Assembly: GCA_963744685.1 (NCBI GenBank)
Contig: CAVUUL010000006.1
Location: 301,749 to 365,748 of the forward strand
DNA from: an uncultured Solirubrobacteraceae bacterium
GTDB lineage: Bacteria; Actinomycetota; Thermoleophilia; Solirubrobacterales; Solirubrobacteraceae
Reading direction: 5' to 3'
DNA length: 64,000 nucleotides
Shown here: positions 18,579 to 27,205 of the stretch, piece by piece
Layout of the letters: every line of letters starts with the position of its first letter
How positions within the stretch are numbered: position 1 is the first letter of the stretch
Translations under genes and position numbers: made by a program
The notes under the pieces: model-generated
What the model saw: the letters and a program-made list of their open reading frames with translations, nothing else
Told to the model about the DNA's origin: nothing
The model's database searches: none

Positions 18579-19553
18579 GTGCTACCTGTGGCGGCCATTG
18601 CCGCACCGGCGGCGCAGGCGGACACGTCCGAGCTGGCGGCGTCCTCCCCGGCCGGGCTGATCCAGTCCACCGGCAACCTCTACTGGACCGCGAACAGCCG
18701 TGGCGCCGGGAACGACTACGTCGGGACCGTGTACCGTGCCTCGAAGTCGAACCTCCCGGGGCAGGAGACCGTGCTCTACCAGGAGCAGAGCGCCTCGCCG
18801 CTCGACTTCGGAAAGATCAAGTGGGCCGACGTCGGCGGTCAGTTCTACGCCTACTTCGTGGTCAACTATCCCTCGAAGGGAATCTCGAAGATCAAGCGTG
18901 TGAGTCTTGCCGGCGGGCCTGCCGTGACGCTTCACAAGTCCCCGGCTCCGGTGGGCGATCGTCAGCTGGTCACCGACGGCACGAACCTCTATTGGGCCGA
19001 TGCGGCCGGGGTCCGGGAGATGCCGGTCGGGGGCGCCGCCACGGTCAAGACGCTCGTCCACGGCACCACGTTCCAGAACGTCGCGCTCGACAACGCCTAC
19101 GTCTACTACACCTCGATCGTGACCGGCCCGGACGGGGTGCCGGAGGGCAACCTCAACCGGATCAAGAAGAACGGCAACGGCGGCCCCGCCCTCGAGCTTG
19201 CCACCCCGGACGCCGGGATCGAGGCGCTGGACACGCTCGCGCTCCCTGCCTTCACCGAGTACTACCTGGGCCTGACCAACGGCACGGTCGAGGAGGGGAC
19301 GACCCTCGGCGGCATCAGCGACGTGCTGCAGGCGGAGAGTGTCGGGACCGAGATCACCTCGATCTCCCGCGATGCGACCAACGGCGACATCCTGTGGGGC
19401 GAGGACGACTTCCTCGATGGGTTCGACCTCGCGGTCGAGTTCCGCGCCGGCAGCACCGGGGCGGTCGTGACCGACGCGCCGCCGCTCGACATCCAAGGTG
19501 ACGGCGCAGCGAGCTACTGGGGCGACGAGCATCTGGAGAAGACGACGCTCTGA
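18579..19553 (+). CDS. Secreted repeat protein, probable beta-propeller (recurring LYW/YYT/LWG blades)
   Basis: Repeated motifs GNLYWTA, TNLYWAD, AYVYYTS, GDILWGE and ASYWGD. The leader MLPVAAIAAPAAQA is very short, and an in-frame TAG sits directly upstream of the GTG start. Confidence 0.5.
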   Translation: MLPVAAIAAPAAQADTSELAASSPAGLIQSTGNLYWTANSRGAGNDYVGTVYRASKSNLPGQETVLYQEQSASPLDFGKIKWADVGGQFYAYFVVNYPSKGISKIKRVSLAGGPAVTLHKSPAPVGDRQLVTDGTNLYWADAAGVREMPVGGAATVKTLVHGTTFQNVALDNAYVYYTSIVTGPDGVPEGNLNRIKKNGNGGPALELATPDAGIEALDTLALPAFTEYYLGLTNGTVEEGTTLGGISDVLQAESVGTEITSISRDATNGDILWGEDDFLDGFDLAVEFRAGSTGAVVTDAPPLDIQGDGAASYWGDEHLEKTTL

Positions 19554-19634
19554 CCCATTGACGTCAGCTGTGTCGAGACCGCGTCGCCGTCCACGGACGG
19601 GCGGCGGCGTGACTTGCACTATGTTCGACGCGCT

Positions 19635-21743
19635 GTGACTTCGAGCGCTGAGCATCCCTTCGTGCCGGCCCATCGCGTCGACCAGGTCGACGACTTCCAC
19701 GGCGAGCAGGTCGCCGACCCCTACCGGTGGCTGGAGGACACCAACGCCCCGGACACGAGGGCGTGGATCGACGCCGAGAACGAGGTCACCGAGGCCTGGC
19801 TGTCCCGGGTACCGCAGCGCGAGGAGATCCGGCGCCGCCTGTCCGAGCTCTGGGACTACCCGCGCGTCACGGCGCCGTTCCAGCGCGGCCGGCGTTGGTT
19901 CCAGATGCGCAACAGCGGGTTGCAGAACCAGAGCGTCCTCTATGTGATGGACGGGCCTCGGGACGACGGGCGCGTGCTGCTCGATCCCAACGAGCTGTCG
20001 GACGACGGCACGATCGCGGTGACCTCCTTCGAGGTCACCGACGACGGCGAGCTGCTCGCGTACGCCACCAGCGCCGGGGGCTCGGACTGGATGACGTGGC
20101 GCGTGCGGGAGGTCGCGAGCGGCGAGGACCGCGCCGACACCGTCGAGTGGGCCAAGTACTCGGGCGCGTCCTGGCTGAAGGACGGATCGGGATTCTTCTA
20201 CGGAACGGTCGACGCCCCCGCCCCAGGAGCCGAGTACCTGGAGGCCGCGCACGCGCACAAGGTGCGCTTCCACCGCGTGGGCACCGCGCAGGCCGAGGAC
20301 GAGGTGGTGTTCGAGACTCCTGACGAGCCCGAGTGGATCTCCCAGGCCGACGTCAGCGACGACGGGCGGTTCGTGGTCATCTCGACCTTCAAGGGCACCG
20401 CCCCCGAGGCGCAGCTGCAGGTCATCGATCGCGAGGACCCCACGCGAACCCTGCGCGCGCTCGTGGACGGCTTCAGCTCCAAGGCGAGCTACGTCACCAA
20501 CGTCGGCAAGACGTTCTACGTGCTCACCGACGATCGCGCGGAGCGCCAGCGGATCGTCTGCGTCGACCTCGACGATCCCGCTCGCGAGCATTGGCGGCAG
20601 GTGATCGCCGAGTCCGACGCGCTGCTGCTCGCCGCCCGGGCGTGCGGCGGCCGGCTGGTCTGCCATTACCTCAAGGACGCGTGCTCCCAGCTCTCGGTGT
20701 TCGGTCTCGACGGCGCTCACGTCGAAGAGATCCCCGTGCCCGAGGTCTCATCGCTGGTCCCCGGTCACGACCCCGCCGGCTTCGAGGGCGAGTTGGACAG
20801 CGCCACCCTGCACTTCGTCGTCGCCTCGTTCATCGATTCAGGCTCGGTATGGACCCACGATCTGGACAGCGGTGAGACGAGCCGGATCCGGCCGCCGGCG
20901 GCGCGCATCGATCCCGACGCGTTCGTCAGCGAACAGGTCTTCGTCACCGCGGACGACGGCGCCCGCGTTCCGCTGTTCCTCACGCGGCGCCGCGACGTCG
21001 AACCGACCGGTGACGTCCCGGTGCTGCTCTACGGATACGGCGGGTTCGACATCCCGCTCACGCCCGAGTTCAACGTCAGCCGCGCGGTGTTCATCGAGCG
21101 CGGTGGCGTTTTCGCCATGGCGGTGCTGCGCGGCGGAGGTGAGTACGGGCGCTCCTGGCAGCGTGCGGGCAAGCTCGCCCACAAGCAGCGCGTCTTCGAC
21201 GACTTCTGCGATTGCGCGCGGTGGCTGGCGAGCTCGGGATGGTCCCGGGCGCAGCGAATCGCCATCAACGGCGCCTCCAACGGCGGGTTGCTGGTCGGGG
21301 CATGCTTCACCCAACACCCCGAGCTGTTCGGCGCCGCCATCGCCGACGTCGGCGTCATGGACATGCTCCGCTTCCATCGCTTCACGATCGGCTGGGCGTG
21401 GAAGAGCGACTTCGGCGACCCCGACGACCCGGAGGAGTACCGCTGGGTCCGCGCCTACTCGCCGCTGCACAACGTCGAGGCGGGCCGGGCCTACCCCCCG
21501 ATCCTGCTCACCACCGGCGATCATGACGACCGCGTCATCCCGGGGCACACCTTCAAGTTCGCAGCCACCCTGCAGGCCGCCGCGGTCGACGGCGACGGGG
21601 CCGATTCGCCCGCGCCCGTTCTCGTGCGCATCGAGACCTCAGCCGGGCACGGCGCGGGGATGCCGACCAGCAAGGCGATCGCGGTGGCCACCGACAGGCT
21701 CTCCTTCCTCGAGGGGACGGTCGGGCGGGCCTCCACCGCGTAG
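19635..21743 (+). CDS. Prolyl oligopeptidase (S9A)
   Basis: DPYRWLED N-terminal motif and catalytic GASNGGLL, TGDHDDRV and SAGHGAG. The start is uncertain: GTG at 19635 or TTG at 19614. Confidence 0.9.
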   Translation: MTSSAEHPFVPAHRVDQVDDFHGEQVADPYRWLEDTNAPDTRAWIDAENEVTEAWLSRVPQREEIRRRLSELWDYPRVTAPFQRGRRWFQMRNSGLQNQSVLYVMDGPRDDGRVLLDPNELSDDGTIAVTSFEVTDDGELLAYATSAGGSDWMTWRVREVASGEDRADTVEWAKYSGASWLKDGSGFFYGTVDAPAPGAEYLEAAHAHKVRFHRVGTAQAEDEVVFETPDEPEWISQADVSDDGRFVVISTFKGTAPEAQLQVIDREDPTRTLRALVDGFSSKASYVTNVGKTFYVLTDDRAERQRIVCVDLDDPAREHWRQVIAESDALLLAARACGGRLVCHYLKDACSQLSVFGLDGAHVEEIPVPEVSSLVPGHDPAGFEGELDSATLHFVVASFIDSGSVWTHDLDSGETSRIRPPAARIDPDAFVSEQVFVTADDGARVPLFLTRRRDVEPTGDVPVLLYGYGGFDIPLTPEFNVSRAVFIERGGVFAMAVLRGGGEYGRSWQRAGKLAHKQRVFDDFCDCARWLASSGWSRAQRIAINGASNGGLLVGACFTQHPELFGAAIADVGVMDMLRFHRFTIGWAWKSDFGDPDDPEEYRWVRAYSPLHNVEAGRAYPPILLTTGDHDDRVIPGHTFKFAATLQAAAVDGDGADSPAPVLVRIETSAGHGAGMPTSKAIAVATDRLSFLEGTVGRASTA

Positions 21744-21778
21744 CGGTTGACGCCTTCGGCGGGGGTAGCGTTGCGCGC

Positions 21779-22530
21779 ATGGTGAGTGGACCGACGATCC
21801 GCGACGTCGCGCGTGACGCGGGGGTCGCGATCGGGACGGCCTCTGACGCGTGAACGGCAAGGGCCGGGTCGATCCCGCGACCCGGACGCGCGTGGCGGAG
21901 GTGGCGGATCGGCTCGGGTACCGTGCCAACCGGCACGCGATCAGCCTGCGCTCGGGGCGGTCGGCGGCGATCGGGTTGTTGCTCCCGGTGCGAGGGGAGG
22001 CGATCTCCGACGAGGCCCTCAGCCTGGACTTCTACATGCGCCTGGCGGGTGCCGCGGCGGCGAGCGCGTTCGACCGCCGCCAGGCGCTGATGCTGCTGCC
22101 ACCACAGCCGACCAAGGCCGACCTGCGCGGGATGGCCCTCGACGGTGGAATCATCGTCGACCCTGCGATCGGCGACGCGCGGGTCGCTCTGTTCGATTCG
22201 CTCGGGACGCCGTTCGTGACCATCGAGCGAGACCTCGCCCGCGATGACGGCTGGTTCGTCGGCTCGCGGCCCGCGGAGAACACCGTCCGGATGCTCGATC
22301 ACCTTGCCGAGCGCGGTGCGCGCCGGCCACTGCGCCACGCGGCGCGCTCGCTGCTCATCCTGGCCGGGCTGCTCGCCGGCGCCGGCGGGGCCGCCGCCCT
22401 GGCGCTCGTCTCGCCACGCGCCGCCGTGTGGCTGCCCGCGGGGTTCGTCGCCGCGGCGATCAGTCTGTTGAGCTGGTCGGCTCGCTCGAAAGGCGCTCCT
22501 GCAGCCCAAGCACCATCAGTCGCCCCGTAG
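21779..22530 (+). pseudogene. LacI-family regulator remnant (frameshift in the HTH, 3' half missing)
   Basis: ATG at 21779 encodes MVSGPTIRDVARDAGVAIGTASDA and then TGA. The HTH continues in another frame from 21850 (NGKGRVDPATRTRVAEVADRLGYRAN). LacI-like sequence stops after ...MLDHLAERGARR, and the remainder is unrelated. Confidence 0.55.
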
Positions 22531-22942
22531 CCCAGTCGAAGAACCCGCCGCCGGCGATGATCAGCCGTCGCCGGAGGCCGCGGCTGTGGATCTGGCCCCG
22601 GAAGCGGAGCCGCAGCTCGGTGTGACCGTCGTCGGCCGGTGTCAGCAGCAGCGCCCACGTGAACGGGCGCCCGCGCCGCTCGCTGCGGTAGACGAGGGCG
22701 CGGGGCGGGTCGAGACGGACGACCTCGAGCCACTCGTCGCGTCCGCCGTAGTCGGGGATCCGATCCCCGAGGACCAGCTGCCATCGGGGGTCGAGCGTGC
22801 GCAGCGCGCGGCGAGACGCGGGCAGCAGGCGTTCCAGCCGGGCCGGGAGGTACCAACCCCCGCGTCCCCTTCCGAGCTGCACCAGCCACGGCCAGATCTG
22901 CTCGGGCGTCCCCTCGACAACGTCGTGTTGGTCGAACACCAT
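22460..22942 (-). CDS. SRPBCC-superfamily (START/polyketide-cyclase-like) protein
   Basis: MVFDQHDVVEGTPEQIWPWLVQLG... pattern. I chose the ATG at 22942. Its 3' end overlaps the LacI remnant ORF. Confidence 0.6.
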   Translation of the reverse strand: MVFDQHDVVEGTPEQIWPWLVQLGRGRGGWYLPARLERLLPASRRALRTLDPRWQLVLGDRIPDYGGRDEWLEVVRLDPPRALVYRSERRGRPFTWALLLTPADDGHTELRLRFRGQIHSRGLRRRLIIAGGGFFDWATGRLMVLGLQERLSSEPTSSTD

Positions 22943-23074
22943 GTTCGCGCCGGGCAGCAGCTCATCGCCCCCAGGCCGTTGGCGACGGCGGTCGCGTTGT
23001 CGCGGGTCTTGACCCATTCCTCCTGCATCTGCACAGCTGTTCATGGAGACCCTGCAATTCCCTTCGACGCCCGG

Positions 23075-23587
23075 TCAGTCGATGCGGAACGTCTGCCTGG
23101 CGAAGCAGACGAAGTCGCCCGGTCGCAGCTGTGCACGCTCGATCCTTCGCCCGTTGAGCACGGTCCCGTTCCTGGACCCGATGTCGTGGATCACCCACGT
23201 CCCGCCCCGCCACACCAGCTCCGCATGCCGGCGCGAGACGCTGCCGTCGTCCAGCACGATGTCGGACTCGGGCGCGCGGCCGATCAGCAGCCGCTCCGTC
23301 GCTCCCGACCAGTCGAGGCCGAGCAGGGGAATCGCGCGCCGGGTCGGCCACATCGCGACGCGCGACGCGAACCGCCGCGCGGCGGCCTGCGGCCCGCGCG
23401 CGGCGCCGACGGTGAGGTCGCCGACGAGCCGGCGGGGATCGATCGTCGCCTCGCCGAGCACCTGATCCAGCCGCGTCATGAAGGTGCTGTCGCTCAGCAG
23501 CCCTTCGCTGTACGCCGCGCGAAGCGTCTCATCAAGCTGCCGGCGACGGGCCCCGGGCTGCATCGGTCCATTCTCCTCCTGTGCCAC
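23075..23587 (-). CDS. DUF1707-like N-terminal domain fused to an FHA domain
   Basis: LRAAYSEGLLSDSTFMTRLDQVL is DUF1707-like. The C-terminal part, LLIGRAPESDIVLDDGSVSRRHAELVWRGGTWVIHDIGSRNGTVLNG, is a canonical FHA domain. Confidence 0.8.
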   Translation of the reverse strand: MAQEENGPMQPGARRRQLDETLRAAYSEGLLSDSTFMTRLDQVLGEATIDPRRLVGDLTVGAARGPQAAARRFASRVAMWPTRRAIPLLGLDWSGATERLLIGRAPESDIVLDDGSVSRRHAELVWRGGTWVIHDIGSRNGTVLNGRRIERAQLRPGDFVCFARQTFRID

Positions 23588-23620
23588 GGCAAACGCCAGC
23601 GATCACATAGGCTTGCTCGG

Positions 23621-24034
23621 GTGAGCGCGTCCGGCGCACAGTCCTCGCTCTCGGTGATGCTGATCGTCCCTGACGTGGCTGCCGCGGTCGCCTGGTACCG
23701 GGATGTGCTCGGGGCGGTCGTGCTGTGGGATCTCGGCGGCGTGGCCGGATTGCAGATCCAGGGGGCGCCGTTCTTCCTTCATGAGGCGGTCGCGGGCAGG
23801 ACCCGCGAGTCCAGCCCGGCGGATGCTGGGATGACCACGACCCGGATCGAACTGTTCCTGGATGACCCGGACGGGCTGCTCGCGCAGGTGGCCGCCGCGG
23901 GAGCGACGGACGTGGAGGACGTGCGAGACCACGATGTGCCGTGGGGCATCCACCGGCAGGGAGGGTTCACGGACCCGTTCGGCCATCGCTGGTCGGTCGG
24001 CGATCGCAGTCCGCTCAGCCCGTTCCCGCAATAG
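23621..24034 (+). CDS. VOC/glyoxalase-family protein
   Basis: MLIVPDVAAAVAWYRDVLGA...FTDPFGHRWSV pattern. The start is GTG at 23621 or ATG at 23657. Confidence 0.7.
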   Translation: MSASGAQSSLSVMLIVPDVAAAVAWYRDVLGAVVLWDLGGVAGLQIQGAPFFLHEAVAGRTRESSPADAGMTTTRIELFLDDPDGLLAQVAAAGATDVEDVRDHDVPWGIHRQGGFTDPFGHRWSVGDRSPLSPFPQ

Positions 24035-24045
24035 CGCGACGCCCG

Positions 24046-24603
24046 ATGGGGTCGATCGTCCTGGTCGAGGGCGAGAGCGATGCCGCCGCGGTGAGGGCGC
24101 TCGCGGAGCGCCGCGCGATCGATCTCGCGCGAGCGGGCGTCGAACTGACGGTTCTCGGTGGCGCGCAGGCGGTCGGTCGCCACCTGCGCGCCTACCGGCA
24201 GCGCGGGGACCGGCGCCCCGTCGCGGGTCTGTACGACGCCGGCGAGGAGGCGGTGTTCCGGCGCGCGCTGGAGCGCAATGGCTTCGGCGCGCCCGTGGAT
24301 CGCGTGGATCTGGAGGCCCGTGGGTTCTTCTGCTGTGACCGTGACCTCGAGGAGGAGCTCATCCGCGCACTCGGCGCCGCGCGCGTGCTCGCGGTCATCG
24401 CCGAGCAGGGCGACGACCCGCCGTTCCGCACGCTCCAGCACCAGCCCGTCTGGCGCGATCGGCCGATCGAGGCGCAGCTGCGGCGGTTCATGGGCAGCGG
24501 TGCCCGGCGCAAGATCCGCTATGGACGGCTGCTGGTCGACGCGCTCGATCCGGGTCAGGTGCCGCGACCGTTGGAGGAGTTGCTGACCGTCGCGCTCGCC
24601 TGA
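24046..24603 (+). CDS. Stand-alone Toprim-domain protein (OLD-nuclease-type Toprim, no ATPase domain)
   Basis: IVLVEGESD (Toprim Glu motif) and CCDRDLEEEL (DxD-type motif). About 185 aa. Confidence 0.65.
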   Translation: MGSIVLVEGESDAAAVRALAERRAIDLARAGVELTVLGGAQAVGRHLRAYRQRGDRRPVAGLYDAGEEAVFRRALERNGFGAPVDRVDLEARGFFCCDRDLEEELIRALGAARVLAVIAEQGDDPPFRTLQHQPVWRDRPIEAQLRRFMGSGARRKIRYGRLLVDALDPGQVPRPLEELLTVALA

Positions 24604-24606
24604 CGG

Positions 24607-25707
24607 TCAGCCGGCTTTGAAGGTGACCTCGACCTCGAGGCCGCCCTGCGGTCGAGAGCGGGCCACCAGCGAGGCCCCGTGCGCATCGGCGATCGCCTGG
24701 ACGATGGCCAGCCCCAGACCGTGGCCGTCGACGGGGCCGACCCGTTGGCCGGCGAGTCGCTGAAACGGCTGAAACAGGCGATCGAGATCGGCCGGGGGGA
24801 TCTCGGCGCCGGTGTTGGCCACCCGCAGCCGCGGCCCGTCCGGCGTCGTGCTGGTTGCGATCTCCACCGAGCCACCGCTGATGTTGTGCCGAGTCGCGTT
24901 CTGGAGCAGGTTCACGATCAGGCGCTCGACGAGGCTCGGATCGCCACTGGCGACCGACCTGTCCAGCCGGGCGTCGATCTGGATACCGTGACGTTCCGCG
25001 TCCCGCCGCTGGGTCTCGATCGCGGCGCCGCCGAGCCGCGCGAGATCGAACGACTCCCAGCTCTCCACCCCGCGCTCACTGGTGGCGAGCGTGAGCAGCG
25101 CATCGATCAGCTGCTCCTGCCGGGTGGAGAGCTGCAGGGCCTCCTCGCAGGTCTGTCGCAGAGTCCGCGCGTCGGCCTCCGGGTCGGAGAGCGCGACCTG
25201 CAACAGCGTGCGCTGCCCGGCGAGCGGGGTGCGCAGCTCGTGCGAGGCGTTGGCGACGAACTGATGCTGAGAGTCAAACGATGCCTGCAGGCGCCCGAAC
25301 AGATCGTCGAGCGTGCGGGCGAGCTCGGTGAGCTCGTCGTCGGGGCCGGCGAGGCTCAGGCGGCGGTTCAGGTTGGTCGCCGAGATCTCACGAGCGGCGG
25401 CGGTCATCGTCCGCAATGGGCGCAGGAAGCGGCCCGCGAGCCACCACGCCGCGGCCACCCCGACCGCGACCAGCGCCAGGGCGATGAGCAACGGCCAGGG
25501 GCTGTAGGTCGGGCCGGGGCTCTGGTGTGCGGGCGCCGCGCCCACGTGATAGGCGGACTGCGAATGGCCGAAGAACACGTTCGAGGTCCCGAACAGCACG
25601 CTCGACGCAGCGAACAGGACCACCACCAGGCTGATGAACACACCGGAGTAGAGCAGCGCGAGCTGCACCCGGAGGACGGGACGCTCGCGCGTCAGCAGCC
25701 GTCTCAC
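24607..25707 (-). CDS. Sensor histidine kinase (2 TM, HAMP, HisKA, HATPase_c)
   Basis: H-box ASHELRTPLAG, N-box LLQNATRH and G-box GHGLGLAIV. Confidence 0.9.
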   Translation of the reverse strand: MRRLLTRERPVLRVQLALLYSGVFISLVVVLFAASSVLFGTSNVFFGHSQSAYHVGAAPAHQSPGPTYSPWPLLIALALVAVGVAAAWWLAGRFLRPLRTMTAAAREISATNLNRRLSLAGPDDELTELARTLDDLFGRLQASFDSQHQFVANASHELRTPLAGQRTLLQVALSDPEADARTLRQTCEEALQLSTRQEQLIDALLTLATSERGVESWESFDLARLGGAAIETQRRDAERHGIQIDARLDRSVASGDPSLVERLIVNLLQNATRHNISGGSVEIATSTTPDGPRLRVANTGAEIPPADLDRLFQPFQRLAGQRVGPVDGHGLGLAIVQAIADAHGASLVARSRPQGGLEVEVTFKAG

Positions 25708-26366
25708 GCGGGTCCGATCCGATAGCCGGCCTCACGGACGGTGTGGATCATCGGCGGGTCGCCGAGCTTGGCGCGCAGCCGGCGGATCGTCGTCTTGACC
25801 GCGGTGGTGAACGGGTCGGTGTACTCGTCCCAGGCACGCTCCAGCAGCTCCTCGGAGGACAGGACACGGTCCTGGGAGGCGAGCAGGCATTCCAGCACCG
25901 CGATCTCCTTGGGGCTGAGCTCCAGCCGCTGGCCCGAACGGAACGCCACGCGCCGGCCGCAGTCGAGCACCAGATCCCCGCATTCGAGCGTCGGCGCCAG
26001 CGGCGCCGCGACGCGTCGCGCCAGCGCCCGGACCCGGGCGACCAGCTCGGCGAAGTCAAACGGCTTGGGCAGGTAATCGTCGGCGCCCAGCCCCAGGCCC
26101 TCGACGCGGTCACGGACCGTCCCGGAGGCGGTGAGCATCAGGATCCTGGACCCGAGCCCGTCGCTCACGATCCGGCGGCAGATCTCGTCGCCGTGGACGC
26201 CTGGGAGGTCGCGGTCCAGGACGACGACGTCGTAGCGCGCGAGAGCCAGCCGTGAGAGCGCCTGCGCACCGTCGAGCACGACGTCGACCGCCATGCCCTC
26301 GCGCCGCAGACCGGTCGCGATCGACCGGGCCAGCACTTCGAAATCCTCGACGACGAGCACTCGCAT
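25704..26366 (-). CDS. OmpR-family response regulator
   Basis: MRVLVVEDFE..., receiver Asp in VVVLDRDLPG, and a winged-helix C-terminus. Its stop overlaps the HK start by 4 nt. Confidence 0.9.
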   Translation of the reverse strand: MRVLVVEDFEVLARSIATGLRREGMAVDVVLDGAQALSRLALARYDVVVLDRDLPGVHGDEICRRIVSDGLGSRILMLTASGTVRDRVEGLGLGADDYLPKPFDFAELVARVRALARRVAAPLAPTLECGDLVLDCGRRVAFRSGQRLELSPKEIAVLECLLASQDRVLSSEELLERAWDEYTDPFTTAVKTTIRRLRAKLGDPPMIHTVREAGYRIGPA

Positions 26367-26455
26367 CGTGCCGGGACGATGACAGGTGGAAGGTGTCAGT
26401 CCGGTGTCGGGCGGCGACACCGAGGCGACACCATCGCCGACGTAGAAAGCGCTCC

Positions 26456-27205
26456 ATGAGCGACACCACAATCGAGGTCGACGGGCTCCACAAGCGGTTC
26501 GGTGCGACGGTGGCCCTCGACGGCATCTCATTCACCGTCGCGCCGGGAACCGTCACTGGGTTCGTCGGACCCAATGGCGCCGGAAAGTCCACGACGATGC
26601 GGATCATCCTCGGGCTCGACCGCGCCCAGAGCGGCACCGCCCTGGTCGCCGGACGTCCCTACGCGACCCTGACCCACCCGATGCGACAGCTCGGGTCACT
26701 GCTGGACGCCGGCGCCCTGCAGCCGAGCCGCAGCGGGCGCAACCATCTCCTCTGGATCGCCCGCTCCCAGCGGTTGGGGGCGCGGCGCGTCGACGAGGTC
26801 ATCGAGCTCGTCGGGCTCGGCCGGGCCGCGCGCCGGAAGGCGGGTGCCTATTCGCTGGGGATGCGCCAGCGGCTCGGGATAGCGGCGGCGATGCTCGGCG
26901 ACCCGCCGATGCTGATCATGGACGAGCCGTTCAACGGGATGGACCCGGAGGGCATCATCTGGATGCGCTCCTTCCTGCGCGGACTCGCGGCCGAGGGACG
27001 GGCGGTCCTCGTCTCGAGTCACCTGCTGAGCGAGCTGCCCGACGTTGCCGACCACGTGGTGGTGATCGGTCGAGGACGGGTGCTGGCCGACGGGCCGCTC
27101 CGAGAGCTGACCGCCGGCGAGGAGTCACTGGAGGACGCGTACCTGCGGCTCACCACCGGTGCCGTCGAGTACCGGTCGGGCGGCGATCACGAGGCGCTGC
27201 GATGA
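26456..27205 (+). CDS. ABC transporter ATP-binding protein (ABC-2 exporter type)
   Basis: Walker A GPNGAGKST, signature YSLGMRQR and Walker B LIMDEP. ATGA overlap with the next gene. Confidence 0.9.
   Translation: MSDTTIEVDGLHKRFGATVALDGISFTVAPGTVTGFVGPNGAGKSTTMRIILGLDRAQSGTALVAGRPYATLTHPMRQLGSLLDAGALQPSRSGRNHLLWIARSQRLGARRVDEVIELVGLGRAARRKAGAYSLGMRQRLGIAAAMLGDPPMLIMDEPFNGMDPEGIIWMRSFLRGLAAEGRAVLVSSHLLSELPDVADHVVVIGRGRVLADGPLRELTAGEESLEDAYLRLTTGAVEYRSGGDHEALR

Noticed and set aside
18582-20720. Very long antisense and alternative-frame ORFs. Examples: 18582-20720 (-, 712 aa), 72-1286 (+), 4872-6314 (-), 8787-10613 (+), 15424-16989 (-) and 21553-22509 (-).
   Set aside because: Their translations are Arg/Pro/Gly/Ala-rich with no recognisable motifs, and they lie opposite or out of frame to genes with clear family signatures. 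These are typical stop-poor shadow frames of very GC-rich DNA.
22300-22530. The Ala/Leu/Gly-rich tail of the LacI-like ORF, read as two transmembrane helices (a membrane-anchored LacI).
   Set aside because: The hydrophobic-looking sequence is what out-of-context GC-rich DNA encodes. It overlaps the 3' end of the convergent SRPBCC gene, and the LacI effector domain is missing. A truncated pseudogene is the simpler reading.
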